DNA from: Terriglobia bacterium
Lineage (GTDB): Bacteria; Acidobacteriota; Terriglobia; Bryobacterales; Bryobacteraceae
DNA: 64,000 nt
Direction: 5' to 3'
Assembly: GCA_963830415.1 (NCBI GenBank)
Contig: CAWHMG010000004.1
Coordinates: 13,436 to 77,435, forward strand
The notes beneath the pieces were generated by a model that made no database searches, was not told the origin of the DNA, and saw only the letters and a list, made by a program, of their open reading frames with translations. Below, piece after piece: positions 1 to 9,876 of the stretch; within the stretch, counting starts at the first letter, position 1; every line of letters starts with the position of its first letter. The position numbers and the translations under genes were made by a program.

Positions 1-7
1 GGTCCGA

Positions 8-1948
8 ATGCGCTTCTCTTGTCTGTTCGCAATAGCCCTGCTAATCCTTCCTGGAGCCTTTGCCCAAACTAACCCGGGCACAGCGCCGCCGAATCAGGCT
101 GCGCAAAATCCTCCGCCGCTAAAGACAACAGTGACGGTAAATGCGACGCTCGCGAGCGAGGTTCCGGCTTCGATTACTGTTCTTACCGGAGAACAACTCG
201 AGCAGATTCCTGGCGCCAATTTGGACGACCGGTTGCGGCAGGTCCCCGGCTTCAGCCTGTTTCGCCGCAGTTCCAGCACGGTCGCGAACCCTACCACCCA
301 GGGCGTCTCGCTGCGCGCGACCGGGTCATCGGGGGCCAGCCGCACGCTGGTGCTTTGGGACGGCATTCCAATAAACGACCCTTTCGGCGGGTGGGTGTAT
401 TGGGATCGGATCGACCCCGATTACATTAGCGAAGTGGACATCAGCCGTGGAGCTTCGACGAGTATCTTTGGCGACCGGGCAATGGGCGGCACCATTTCAC
501 TCTTCTCGCCCCTGGAGCAACATCAACAATTTCAAGCGGACGTCCTGACCGGAAACGAAAGCACCGAAGACGTTTCCGCCGGCTATTCAAATATGTGGGG
601 GGTGTGGGGCTTGTCAGTTCACTCGCGGGCGTTTGAGACAAATGGATATTACATCACTCCCAAGCCGGTTCGCGGCAGCGTTGACGACTTAGCCAACGTG
701 CGGTTTGCTACGGGCGACGCGCGTATCGATTATCTCGGGACCGCCGACCGCCTTTCGCTGCACTTCGATGTTCTAGCGGAAGAGCGCCACAACGGCACGC
801 TGCTGACCCATAACTCTACCGGGCTTGGGATGCTCGCCCTGACTTACACGCATTCATGGAGTAACGATCAGATTTCGTTTCTCGGGTTTCACAGCCAGGA
901 ACAATACAACAGCACTTACTCGCAGGTTTCCGCGAATCGAAATCACGAGACGTTGACGTCTAACCAACGCGTGCCCACGCAGGATACCGGGGGCGCTTTG
1001 TATTGGCAGCATCATGCCAAACGTTGGAACACGATCGCGGGCGCCGATACCGACGATACGCACGGCGTCAGCTATGACTATTCGTACCTGACGCACGTAA
1101 CGACACCGAGCGGCGGCACGCTGCTCGAGCACGGAGTGTTCGGCCAGGCTGATTTCACGCTTGGGCCGGCACGCTTCTTCGCGGGAATCCGCCATGAATT
1201 CACCGGCCAACACGGCGAAACGTTTGTAAGCCCAAACGGCGGCGTGGCAGTGGGCCTGAAAAATTTCCGCTTGCGAGCATCGGGATACCGAAGTTTTCGA
1301 GCTCCCACGCTTAACGAGCTCTACCGGCCTTTCCGGGTGGGCAACGCGCAGACGCTGGCCAATCCCAACCTGATTCCTGAGGGACTGGTGGGAGTCGAAG
1401 CCGGGGCAGATTGGAGCGCCGAGAACACCAGCATTTCGCTTACGCTCTTCCACAATGAGCTGAATAACTTTATCGACAATGCGACGCTACTCACCACCCC
1501 GAACCTCATACTCCGAAAGCGCGAGAACTTCCCGAGCGGATTCTCGCGCGGGTTTGAGGCGAACATCAGGCACCAATGGCGGCACTGGGGCGCGCAGGCA
1601 GGTTATGTGTATGCGGACGCTCTCCTCGCGAGTGGGTTGCGAATTCCCGAAATACCAAAGAACCAAGGCACAGCGCAGATCACGTTTAATGCGAAGAACA
1701 CCACATTTTCTGGCGGAATTCGCGCTTTCAGTTTGGTTTTCGACGATGATCTAAACCAATACTTGCTGCCGGGTTATTCCACCCTTCAGTTCTCGGCTCA
1801 GCAGCGCCTTACAAGCAAGCTCTCTGCGGTCGCCTCAGTAGACAATCTGCTCGACCATACTTACCTGGTCGCGCTGACGCCTTCTCCAAATACGGGATCG
1901 CCGCTCTTGTGGCGGGTCGGTCTGCGCTGGAGCGGCGCGATTAAATAG
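8..1948 (+). CDS. TonB-dependent outer-membrane receptor
   Basis: 646-aa ORF with a signal peptide (LLILPGAFA-QT). Plug-like N-terminus ITVLTGEQLEQIPGANLDDRLRQVPGF...GVSLRATG...LWDGIPINDPFGG, followed by a long beta-strand-rich barrel-like remainder. Confidence 0.8.
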   Translation: MRFSCLFAIALLILPGAFAQTNPGTAPPNQAAQNPPPLKTTVTVNATLASEVPASITVLTGEQLEQIPGANLDDRLRQVPGFSLFRRSSSTVANPTTQGVSLRATGSSGASRTLVLWDGIPINDPFGGWVYWDRIDPDYISEVDISRGASTSIFGDRAMGGTISLFSPLEQHQQFQADVLTGNESTEDVSAGYSNMWGVWGLSVHSRAFETNGYYITPKPVRGSVDDLANVRFATGDARIDYLGTADRLSLHFDVLAEERHNGTLLTHNSTGLGMLALTYTHSWSNDQISFLGFHSQEQYNSTYSQVSANRNHETLTSNQRVPTQDTGGALYWQHHAKRWNTIAGADTDDTHGVSYDYSYLTHVTTPSGGTLLEHGVFGQADFTLGPARFFAGIRHEFTGQHGETFVSPNGGVAVGLKNFRLRASGYRSFRAPTLNELYRPFRVGNAQTLANPNLIPEGLVGVEAGADWSAENTSISLTLFHNELNNFIDNATLLTTPNLILRKRENFPSGFSRGFEANIRHQWRHWGAQAGYVYADALLASGLRIPEIPKNQGTAQITFNAKNTTFSGGIRAFSLVFDDDLNQYLLPGYSTLQFSAQQRLTSKLSAVASVDNLLDHTYLVALTPSPNTGSPLLWRVGLRWSGAIK

Positions 1949-2018
1949 CGCAGTGGCTCCTCTTTGCCTGTACTCTCACTAGGATCGGTTAGGCCAGCAT
2001 GACGCGTCAAACAACGAT

Positions 2019-2849
2019 ATGGATGCCATTAAACTGTCCGACTACGAAGTTATCGATCTGGAAAATGTCGCTCCCGGAATTTTTGGGACGCGCATTGTTT
2101 TTGTGAATGTTTATGCCGTAATTAGTGAAGGCATCGGATGGACGCTTATAGATAGCGGCCTTCACCTTTCCGCCGCAAAGATCAAGAGCTGGGCGGAAGA
2201 GCACTTGGGCAAGGGGACACAGCCGAGCGCGATCATTCTCACCCACGGGCATTTCGACCACGTAGGTGCGATAGAAGACCTGCTTAAACAATGGGACGTG
2301 CCGGTCTATGCTCACGCGAGCGAGTTTCCCTATCTGACCGGGCAGATCAAATATCCACCCCCCGACCCCTCGGTTGGAGGCGGCTTGATGGCGGTGATGT
2401 CTCCGCTTTACCCGCGGACCTCGGCCGACATTCGCGATCGTGTACAAGCGCTGCCCGCGGACGGCTCTGTTCCCACAATGACCGGCTGGCGCTGGTTGCA
2501 TACGCCGGGGCACGCTCCTGGCCACGTTTCACTGTTTCGGGAATCGGATCGTGTTCTGCTGCCGGGAGATGCTTTTTGTACCACCGATCAGAATTCATTT
2601 CTGGCCGTGGCCACGCAAAAACCGGAACTGAACGGACCTCCCGCGTACTACACGCCGGATTGGGATGCTGCTAAAGAATCGGTCCGTCAATTGGCGGCAC
2701 TCCGTCCTTTAACGATTGCGCCGGGACACGGGAAGCCGATCTCCGGCCCGCAAATTGCTGATCAGCTTGCAACGTTGGCGGCGGATTTCGATCGCATCGC
2801 GAGACCGGAGCACGGCAAGTACGCGCGTTCGCAAACCAGCGCGACTTAA
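2019..2849 (+). CDS. MBL-fold metallo-hydrolase
   Basis: 276-aa ORF with the HxHxDH motif (ILTHGHFDHVGA) and downstream His/Asp ligands (LHTPGHAPGH, LPGDAF). Confidence 0.85.
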   Translation: MDAIKLSDYEVIDLENVAPGIFGTRIVFVNVYAVISEGIGWTLIDSGLHLSAAKIKSWAEEHLGKGTQPSAIILTHGHFDHVGAIEDLLKQWDVPVYAHASEFPYLTGQIKYPPPDPSVGGGLMAVMSPLYPRTSADIRDRVQALPADGSVPTMTGWRWLHTPGHAPGHVSLFRESDRVLLPGDAFCTTDQNSFLAVATQKPELNGPPAYYTPDWDAAKESVRQLAALRPLTIAPGHGKPISGPQIADQLATLAADFDRIARPEHGKYARSQTSAT

Positions 2850-3029
2850 GTTACTGGATCGTACTCCCTCCGGGCGCAACTTTTGCGACATAAGTTTGAC
2901 CGCTTTTGTAAATATGTGGGGCCGATCTGGTATATCTGCGGCTTTACTGGCTCAAACTCGAAGCTACTCGGAGTAGGTCGGGGATGCGCCGGCGGCTCTA
3001 AACAGCGGTCAAACTGAGCCTCTGGCTGG

Positions 3030-4595
3030 CTAGGCTACTTCCCGTCGCGTGCCCACGCTTGGGTCCACTGTAATTCCCGGAGCTTCCGCCTGGCAGTTGT
3101 CGCAGTTGCAACAAGGGCCAGTGAACTCGTCGCCGAAATAGCGCAGCAAATGTTCGCGACGGCACGAACTTATGTCCGCGTATTCCTGCATTCGGCGCAG
3201 GCGCTCCTGTTTCGATTCTTTTCGGCGTTCCTGTTCTTCCGCTGCCTCTCGAGCTGCTTCTGTAGGAATCGCGTCCTCCACCATTCGCACTTCGCCGGTC
3301 GGCAGGATTTCCAGAGCGCCCACGTCTTCCAGCCGGTGAATGACGCTGGTCAACTTTCTCTCCGAGAGGTTTATCTCTTGGGTTACTTCCTCCACTTCGA
3401 CCGGCCCTTCCTGATCGGCGATCACGTTCGCCACTTGCTCGACGTCCCGCACGCTGAGCTTGCCCTCTCCGCTGTGGAACTTTTGCACCCCCATATCTTC
3501 CTGCCGAAAGAAAAGCACCGCTTCGGCTTTCTCGCCATCGCGGCCCGCCCGGCCAATCTCCTGGTAATAAGAATCGAGCGAATCGCTTACGTCGAAGTGA
3601 TACACAAACCGAACATCCGCTTTATCGATTCCCATTCCGAAAGCGTTTGTGGCCACGATCACATCCGCCTCGCCCGCCATAAACTGCTCCTGAATCTCGT
3701 GGCGCTCCGCGGCTTTTAGGCCGCCATGGTAGAAGAGCGCTTTCACTCCTTCTTCTGCCAACAGCCGCATGATCTCTTCCGCGTTGGTTCGAGTTGCGAC
3801 ATAAACAATCCCTGGCTTCTCCGCCCAATTCACCCGCTGAATTAACTTTTCGAGTTTTTCTTCCTTCTTCTCGAAATGATCTACCCGCAGATAAATGTTC
3901 GGCCGGTCGAAGCCGTGTACGAAAATCTTGGGCTTGCGCAGGCCGAGCCGTTCTGAAATCTCCCGTCGCACGGCCGCCGAAGCAGTTGCAGTCATGGCCA
4001 GCACCACCGGATGTCCAAGCCGCTCTATCACCGGCCCGAGCTGCAGGTAATCCGGGCGAAAATCATGGCCCCACTCGCTGATGCAATGCGCCTCATCGAT
4101 CACAAACAGCACGATCCCGGCTTGTTCCAGCCGCTCCATCGTCTCCTGCTTGCGCAGTTGTTCCGGCGCCAGGAAAATGAACTTGCTGCCGCCTGTTTCG
4201 ATTTTCTCAAAGGCCTCGCGCGTCTCGGTCGCGCGCTGCGTCGAATTTACTGCCACCGCTTCCGCGTCAGACTGCTCGTTGATTGAGTCCACCTGGTCTT
4301 TTTGCAAGGCGATCAAGGGAGAAATCACCAGTGTCGGACCCTTCAACAAGGACCCGGCAATTTGGTAAATCGCCGATTTCCCAGAACCGGTCGGCATGAC
4401 CACCAGGCAGTCGTTCTTTTTGAGCAGGGCGTCAATCGCTTCGGCTTGGCCCGGGCGAAGTGAATCAAACCCAAATTCCTCTCGAGCCGTCTTCAGGATG
4501 CGAGATGCCGCTCCGGCTGATTTGCTGTTCTTCTTGCCTGCAGGAGTTTTTCCCGCTTCCTGAGCCTTTTTGGGCGTCCTGCGTCTCGTCGCCAT
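3030..4595 (-). CDS. recQ: RecQ-family ATP-dependent DNA helicase (short form, basic N-terminal tail)
   Basis: Walker A VVMPTGSGKS, DEAH box VIDEAHCISEWGHDFRPDY, motif VI GRAGRDG, and C-terminal Zn motif CRREHLLRYFGDEFTGPCCNCDNC. GGGAGGA Shine-Dalgarno lies upstream of the ATG. Confidence 0.9.
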   Translation of the reverse strand: MATRRRTPKKAQEAGKTPAGKKNSKSAGAASRILKTAREEFGFDSLRPGQAEAIDALLKKNDCLVVMPTGSGKSAIYQIAGSLLKGPTLVISPLIALQKDQVDSINEQSDAEAVAVNSTQRATETREAFEKIETGGSKFIFLAPEQLRKQETMERLEQAGIVLFVIDEAHCISEWGHDFRPDYLQLGPVIERLGHPVVLAMTATASAAVRREISERLGLRKPKIFVHGFDRPNIYLRVDHFEKKEEKLEKLIQRVNWAEKPGIVYVATRTNAEEIMRLLAEEGVKALFYHGGLKAAERHEIQEQFMAGEADVIVATNAFGMGIDKADVRFVYHFDVSDSLDSYYQEIGRAGRDGEKAEAVLFFRQEDMGVQKFHSGEGKLSVRDVEQVANVIADQEGPVEVEEVTQEINLSERKLTSVIHRLEDVGALEILPTGEVRMVEDAIPTEAAREAAEEQERRKESKQERLRRMQEYADISSCRREHLLRYFGDEFTGPCCNCDNCQAEAPGITVDPSVGTRREVA

Positions 4596-4668
4596 TTCCT
4601 CCCATCTGATTTCGCTCGCCTGGATGGGGTTTCAGCGGAGTATTACTGAGTTCCCAATTCCCGGTTCG

Positions 4669-4980
4669 CTAGTCCAAGTCGAAGGGGCGCTTGGGAGGCG
4701 CACCGGTTTTGTCTTCTTTGGCCTGCTTCAGCAGCTCCTCGAAGCGTTTCTCGCGGAACTTGTCGCCGCTTTTATGCGTTGCGAAACTCTTCTCGAAGGC
4801 GTCGTTCCGGCGATCGGCATCTCCCTTGAGCTGCTGCGCAGCAGCGTGCAGGTCCTCAATCAGCGGCTTCTTCTCCGGCTCCCGATGATGAATTACAAGT
4901 TGCGTCTCGGTATCGATTTGCAGACTCGATCCGCAACACGGGCATTTGACTTCGAACAACTGACCGTTCCCCTGAGCCAT
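4669..4980 (-). CDS. small zinc-ribbon protein with charged helical tail (hypothetical)
   Basis: The ORF is open to 5073. I chose the internal start MAQGNGQLFEVKCPCCGSSLQID because the upstream extension would overlap dedA. It has a single CPCC motif, so only half a Zn ribbon is visible. The start is uncertain. Confidence 0.45.
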   Translation of the reverse strand: MAQGNGQLFEVKCPCCGSSLQIDTETQLVIHHREPEKKPLIEDLHAAAQQLKGDADRRNDAFEKSFATHKSGDKFREKRFEELLKQAKEDKTGAPPKRPFDLD

Positions 4981-5045
4981 ACCGGAATCGTAGCGCAACG
5001 AATGGCAGCCCGCGCCGGCTGCTATTCTCTGAACTGCGAAAGTCC

Positions 5046-5657
5046 ATGAATTCTGTCTTCTCGTGGATTTCACAATATGGTTACGCCGGACTGTTCTGTT
5101 TGCTGATGCTGGGCATCGTCGGGCTGCCTGTCCCCGATGAAACGTTGCTGATGTTCTGCGGCTATCTCATCTGGAAAGGGCGCCTTCACCCCATCGTTAC
5201 TTTCTTCGCCGGGCTCAGCGGAAGCGCCTGCGGCATTTCGCTCAGCTATGTTTTGGGCCGCACTTACGGTCACAAGGTGGCCTATCGTTACGGTAAATAC
5301 GTGGGCCTGACCTCTGAACGGCTGGAACAGGTTCACCGCTGGTTCGATCGCATGGGATCGTGGCTGCTGGCTGCCGGTTATTTCATTCCGGGCGTGCGCC
5401 ATTGTTCGGCTCTGGTGGCGGGCATGTCGGAGGTGCGTTACCTCAACTTCGCGCTGTTCGCCTATTCGGGCGCTGCCCTATGGGTGGCTTCCTTTCTCTC
5501 GCTGGGTTTCCTGGTCGGCGAGAACTGGCAACACGTTTCCGCCCTGGTTGACAGGTACGCCTTGCTCCTCACCGCTCTTGTCGTCACCTTATTTGGCATA
5601 TGGTGGATTGCTAAGGGAAAATCCAAAGACCGGCAACGGAATGCGGTCCAGAAATGA
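5046..5657 (+). CDS. DedA-family (SNARE-associated) membrane protein
   Basis: 203 aa with the typical N-terminus YGYAGLFCLLMLGIVGLPVPDETLLMFCGYL, multiple TM segments and FIPGVRH. Confidence 0.85.
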   Translation: MNSVFSWISQYGYAGLFCLLMLGIVGLPVPDETLLMFCGYLIWKGRLHPIVTFFAGLSGSACGISLSYVLGRTYGHKVAYRYGKYVGLTSERLEQVHRWFDRMGSWLLAAGYFIPGVRHCSALVAGMSEVRYLNFALFAYSGAALWVASFLSLGFLVGENWQHVSALVDRYALLLTALVVTLFGIWWIAKGKSKDRQRNAVQK

Positions 5658-5709
5658 GCCGCCGAGCCGGAATCATTCTTCCCTATTCTCGTTTGATACC
5701 TTCGTTTAC

Positions 5710-7734
5710 ATGCAGACGGTTCGCTGTGTCCGCGTCTGGGCAGCTTTCTGGGGACTAGGCTTTATGGCCTTCGCGCAGAGCTCTTCGCCTCCGAGCGGGG
5801 TCGACGTGACGGCCACGGACAAGAGCGCGGACCCATGCCAGAACTTCTATCAATACGCCTGCGGCAATTGGATTCGAACCAACCCGGTGCCTCCGCAGTA
5901 TTCGCGCTGGGGCCGGTTCAACGAGCTGCAGAATCACAATCAGGAAGTGCTCCGGACCATTCTCGAGGATTCGGCCAAGCATCAGGACCGTTCGCCGATC
6001 GATCAGAAGATCGGAGCCTTCTACGCCGCTTGCATGGACGAAGCGGCGGTCGAAAAGGCGGGTGACGATCCGGTCAAGCCGGGCATCGAGCGTATTCGCA
6101 GCCTGCAGGGTAAATCCGCGCTTCCGGGTGAGATTGCGCGCCTGCAAAATCAGGGTATCAGCGTCTTCTTCGGTTTTCGTTCCGGTCCCGATCCCGATAA
6201 TTCGAAGATGACCATCGCGGATGTCGACCAGGGTGGCCTGGGTCTGCCCGATAAGAGCTACTACATCGGTCCTAAAGACGAGAAGACGCGCCTGCAGTAT
6301 GTTCATCACGTTTCGAAAATGCTGCAGCTGATCGGCGAACAGCCTGCCGAAGCCGACGCGAGGGCAACGGCGATATTGGCTATCGAAACGGAGCTGGCGA
6401 AAGCTTCTCTCGACCGGGTCGCGCGCCGCGATCCGAATCTGACGCATCATAGGATGCCGGTCACCAGTCTGCAGGCGCTAACGCCCGAATTCAACTTCAA
6501 GACTTACTTCAGCGATCGCGACGCGCCTTCGTTCGACACTTTGAACGTTTCCGTGCCAGATTTTTTCAAGACCTTGAACACTACGCTTGGATCGAGCAGT
6601 CTCGACGATCTGAAGAGCTACCTGATCTGGCATTATGTTTCCGCTTATGCACCCGATTTGAGCAAGGCGTTTGTCGATGAGAATTTCGATTTCTATCAAC
6701 GGTATCTGACCGGCGCGAAGGAACTGCAGCCACGCTGGAAGCGCTGCGTTATATCGACGGATAGCGCTCTCGGAGAAGCTCTCGGACAGAAGTATGTAGA
6801 GAAAGCTTTCGCGGGACAGTCCAAAGAGAAAACGCAGCAGCTCGTCAGCATTATCGAGCAGCAAATGGAGACCGATATCAAGTCGTTGTCCTGGATGAGC
6901 GAGACGACTAAGCAGCAGGCCCTAACGAAGCTGAAAGGTGTTACGAACAAAATCGGCTATCCAGCCAAGTGGCGGGACTATTCGAGCGTTTCGATCACAG
7001 ACACGAACCTGATATCGGACGTGCGCAACGCGCGCGAATTCGAAGTACACCGGAACCTCAATAAAATTGGCAAACCGGTCGACCGCTCGGAATTCGGCAT
7101 GACTCCGCCGACCGTCAACGCCTACTACAATCCGTTGCAGAACAATATCAACTTTCCCGCCGGTATTTTGCAGCCTCCTTTTTACAAGAATACGGCCGAT
7201 ATGGCGGTAAACTTTGGCGGCATTGGTGCGGTGATCGGCCACGAGTTGACACACGGCTTCGACGATCAGGGGCGGCAATATGACGCGGATGGCAATCTGC
7301 GCGACTGGTGGCAGAAACAAGACGCCGAGGAATTCAAGCAACGAGCCGATTGCATCGCGACCGAATATTCGCAGTTCAAGCCGGTTCCGGACGCCAATCT
7401 CAACGGCCGGCTGACGTTGGGCGAAAACGGAGCAGATAACGCGGGCATTCGCCTTGCCTACATGGCCCTGCTCGGCGGCATCGAGAACGGCAGCGTAGAC
7501 AAAGCAAAGCTTGACGGCTACACGCCCGAACAACGCTTCTTTCTGGGCTATGCGCAAATCTGGTGCGAAAACGTTCGCCCGGAGTATTCCCGCAACAGCG
7601 TGCGGACAGACCCGCACTCGCCGGGACAGTTTCGCGTGATTGGCGTGCTTCAGAACGTCCCGGAGTTCGGCAAAGCTTTCAGCTGCTCAGCGGGACAGCC
7701 GATGACGCCCGCAAACGGCTGCCGCGTTTGGTAA
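5710..7734 (+). CDS. M13-family zinc metallopeptidase (PepO / endothelin-converting-enzyme-like), secreted
   Basis: HExxH (VIGHELTHGFDDQG), ENxADxGG (GENGADNAGIRLAY) and C-terminal CRVW. Start moved to ATG 5710 (MQTVRCVRVWAAFWGLGFMAFAQ signal peptide), because the 5548 extension overlaps dedA. Confidence 0.9.
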   Translation: MQTVRCVRVWAAFWGLGFMAFAQSSSPPSGVDVTATDKSADPCQNFYQYACGNWIRTNPVPPQYSRWGRFNELQNHNQEVLRTILEDSAKHQDRSPIDQKIGAFYAACMDEAAVEKAGDDPVKPGIERIRSLQGKSALPGEIARLQNQGISVFFGFRSGPDPDNSKMTIADVDQGGLGLPDKSYYIGPKDEKTRLQYVHHVSKMLQLIGEQPAEADARATAILAIETELAKASLDRVARRDPNLTHHRMPVTSLQALTPEFNFKTYFSDRDAPSFDTLNVSVPDFFKTLNTTLGSSSLDDLKSYLIWHYVSAYAPDLSKAFVDENFDFYQRYLTGAKELQPRWKRCVISTDSALGEALGQKYVEKAFAGQSKEKTQQLVSIIEQQMETDIKSLSWMSETTKQQALTKLKGVTNKIGYPAKWRDYSSVSITDTNLISDVRNAREFEVHRNLNKIGKPVDRSEFGMTPPTVNAYYNPLQNNINFPAGILQPPFYKNTADMAVNFGGIGAVIGHELTHGFDDQGRQYDADGNLRDWWQKQDAEEFKQRADCIATEYSQFKPVPDANLNGRLTLGENGADNAGIRLAYMALLGGIENGSVDKAKLDGYTPEQRFFLGYAQIWCENVRPEYSRNSVRTDPHSPGQFRVIGVLQNVPEFGKAFSCSAGQPMTPANGCRVW

Positions 7735-7773
7735 CACGTTTCTCCCCGCAACAGTCGATAACACTTGAGGTGA

Positions 7774-9822
7774 ATGGTGAGTTTCAACGGTAGGTTCTGT
7801 ATCTGCGGAATTGTTTGCGCGGCAGCTTTGTGGGCCCAGTCGCCTGCAACGCCGCCTCAGTCTACGAGCGGTCTTGATGTGAGCGCGATCGATAAATCGG
7901 CAAATCCGTGCCAGAATTTTTACCAATACGCTTGCGGGACATGGATGAAGGACAATCCTATTCCGCCGGATGAGAGCCGGTGGAGCCGCTTCGATGAGTT
8001 GCATGAGCGCAACCAAGTAATTCTGCGCGGCATTCTCGAGCAAGCGGCGAAGAATCAAAGCAGCTCTCCCATCGACCAGAAGATTGGTGGCTTCTATGCC
8101 TCCTGCATGAATGAGCCTGAGATCGATCAACGCGGCGACAAACCGCTTTCCTCCGAACTCGAGCGCATCGGCCACGTCACAAACAAGGAGGAGCTACTTG
8201 ATGAAGTCGCCCGCCTGCAGCAGCGCCAGATCAGTGTTTTCTTTGAATTCGGGCCGACTCCCGACCTGAAGAATGCAAGCATGATGATCGCGGGCGTCGA
8301 TCAGGGAGGGCTGGGCCTCCCTGAAAAAGACTACTATCTACGAACCGATGCGAAGTCCGTCGAACTCCGTCAGAAGTATGTTGCCATGATGGCGAAGATG
8401 TTTTCCCTGATCGGCGCGCCCGGTCCGGAAGCGGAGAAGAAGGCCGCCGTTGTCATGTCGATCGAAACCGATCTCGCGAAGGCGTCGCTTGACGTGACCA
8501 GCCGGCGCGATCCGCAAAGGCTTTTCCATGAGATGCCAAAAGCGGAGCTGGCGAAGCTGAGTCCAGATTTCAACTTCGATGAATTTTTCGCAAAAGTCCG
8601 GAGCCCTCAATTCACAACAATCAACGTAAGCGTGCCGGATTTCGCAAAAGCGCTCAGTCAGCTGCTCAGCTCGCGCCCGATGGGCGATCTCCAGGACTAC
8701 CTGAGTTGGCATTATCTGAATGCGAGCGCCACGCTGCTTAGCGAGCCGTTTGTCAACGAAAACTTCGATTTCTACGGCCGCACATTGCGGGGCACAAAGG
8801 AACTGAAGCCGCGCTGGAAGCGCTGCGTCTCCGCCACGGACGACGAATTGGGAGAGGCGCTGGGGCGCAAGTACGTCGAGAAGACGTTTGGCGAAGAGGG
8901 TAAGGAGCGCACTCTTCAAATGGTGCACGAGATCGAGCACGAGATGGCCAACGATCTCGAATCTCTAACCTGGATGAGCCCACGAACAAAGGAGCAGGCG
9001 CTGGTCAAATTGCACGCGGTCGCAAACAAGATAGGCTATCCCGACAAGTGGCGCGACTATTCATCGGTCGACATCATTCCCGCTGACTACTTCGGAAATT
9101 ACTACAGAGCAAACGAATTTGAATACCGGCGCCAGCTAAACAAAATCGGCAAGCCCGTCGATCGCAGCGAGTGGGGAATGACGCCGCCAACGGTCAATGC
9201 CTATTACGACCCAACGCAGAACAACATTAACTTCCCAGCCGGCATTCTGCAGCCTCCGTTCTATTCGAACAAGGCAGATGATGCCGTGAATTACGGCGCG
9301 ATCGGCGCTGTGGTGGGCCACGAATTAACACACGGCTTCGATGACGAGGGGCGGCAGTTCGACGCAGACGGGAACCTGCGCGATTGGTGGCAAAATAGCG
9401 ACGAGGCGCGTTTCAAGAAGCTCTCCGACTGTACGGTGAACGAATACGGCAGCTTTACACCGGTTCCAGGCATCGAGCTGAACGGAAGACTCACACTCGG
9501 TGAGAACACAGCCGATAACGGCGGTATCCGCCTGGCATATATGGCTCTGATGGATGATCTGGCGAAAAAGAGTCTTCCGCCTTCCGAGAAAACAGACGGC
9601 TATACGCAGGCCCAGCAATTCTTCCTTGGGTTTGCGCAGGTTTGGTGCGAGAACGTTACCCCCGAAACCGCGCGCCTTGAAGCGCAGACCGATCCGCACT
9701 CGCCGGGGAAATTCCGGACCAATGGCGTACTCAAGAATGTGCCGGAATTCAGCCAGGCCTTCGGCTGCAAGCCGAGCGATTCGATGTATGTGGCCAAGGG
9801 AAAAGGCTGTCGCGTTTGGTAG
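7774..9822 (+). CDS. M13-family zinc metallopeptidase, tandem paralog
   Basis: Collinear with the previous gene by eye (DKSANPCQNFYQYACGTW, VVGHELTHGFDDEG, GENTADNGGIRLAY, CRVW). Signal peptide present; GAGG Shine-Dalgarno before the ATG. Confidence 0.9.
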   Translation: MVSFNGRFCICGIVCAAALWAQSPATPPQSTSGLDVSAIDKSANPCQNFYQYACGTWMKDNPIPPDESRWSRFDELHERNQVILRGILEQAAKNQSSSPIDQKIGGFYASCMNEPEIDQRGDKPLSSELERIGHVTNKEELLDEVARLQQRQISVFFEFGPTPDLKNASMMIAGVDQGGLGLPEKDYYLRTDAKSVELRQKYVAMMAKMFSLIGAPGPEAEKKAAVVMSIETDLAKASLDVTSRRDPQRLFHEMPKAELAKLSPDFNFDEFFAKVRSPQFTTINVSVPDFAKALSQLLSSRPMGDLQDYLSWHYLNASATLLSEPFVNENFDFYGRTLRGTKELKPRWKRCVSATDDELGEALGRKYVEKTFGEEGKERTLQMVHEIEHEMANDLESLTWMSPRTKEQALVKLHAVANKIGYPDKWRDYSSVDIIPADYFGNYYRANEFEYRRQLNKIGKPVDRSEWGMTPPTVNAYYDPTQNNINFPAGILQPPFYSNKADDAVNYGAIGAVVGHELTHGFDDEGRQFDADGNLRDWWQNSDEARFKKLSDCTVNEYGSFTPVPGIELNGRLTLGENTADNGGIRLAYMALMDDLAKKSLPPSEKTDGYTQAQQFFLGFAQVWCENVTPETARLEAQTDPHSPGKFRTNGVLKNVPEFSQAFGCKPSDSMYVAKGKGCRVW

Positions 9823-9876
9823 CGTCCCTGACGATATGTCCCATCATCCGATGGACAGCCATTCACGTATTAACTT

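Noticed and set aside
5548-5709. N-terminal extension of the first M13 peptidase ORF
   Set aside because: It would overlap the dedA 3' end by 110 nt and precede the signal peptide. ATG 5710 gives a normal secretory N-terminus.
5755-7617. Two 231-aa minus-strand ORFs (5755-6450, 6922-7617). Similar long antisense ORFs occur at 854-1453, 8338-8940, 13936-14646, 20405-21109, 48459-49196 and 50763-51407.
   Set aside because: All lie opposite genes with clear catalytic motifs and have Arg-rich, shadow-frame composition. I treat them as artefacts of high GC.
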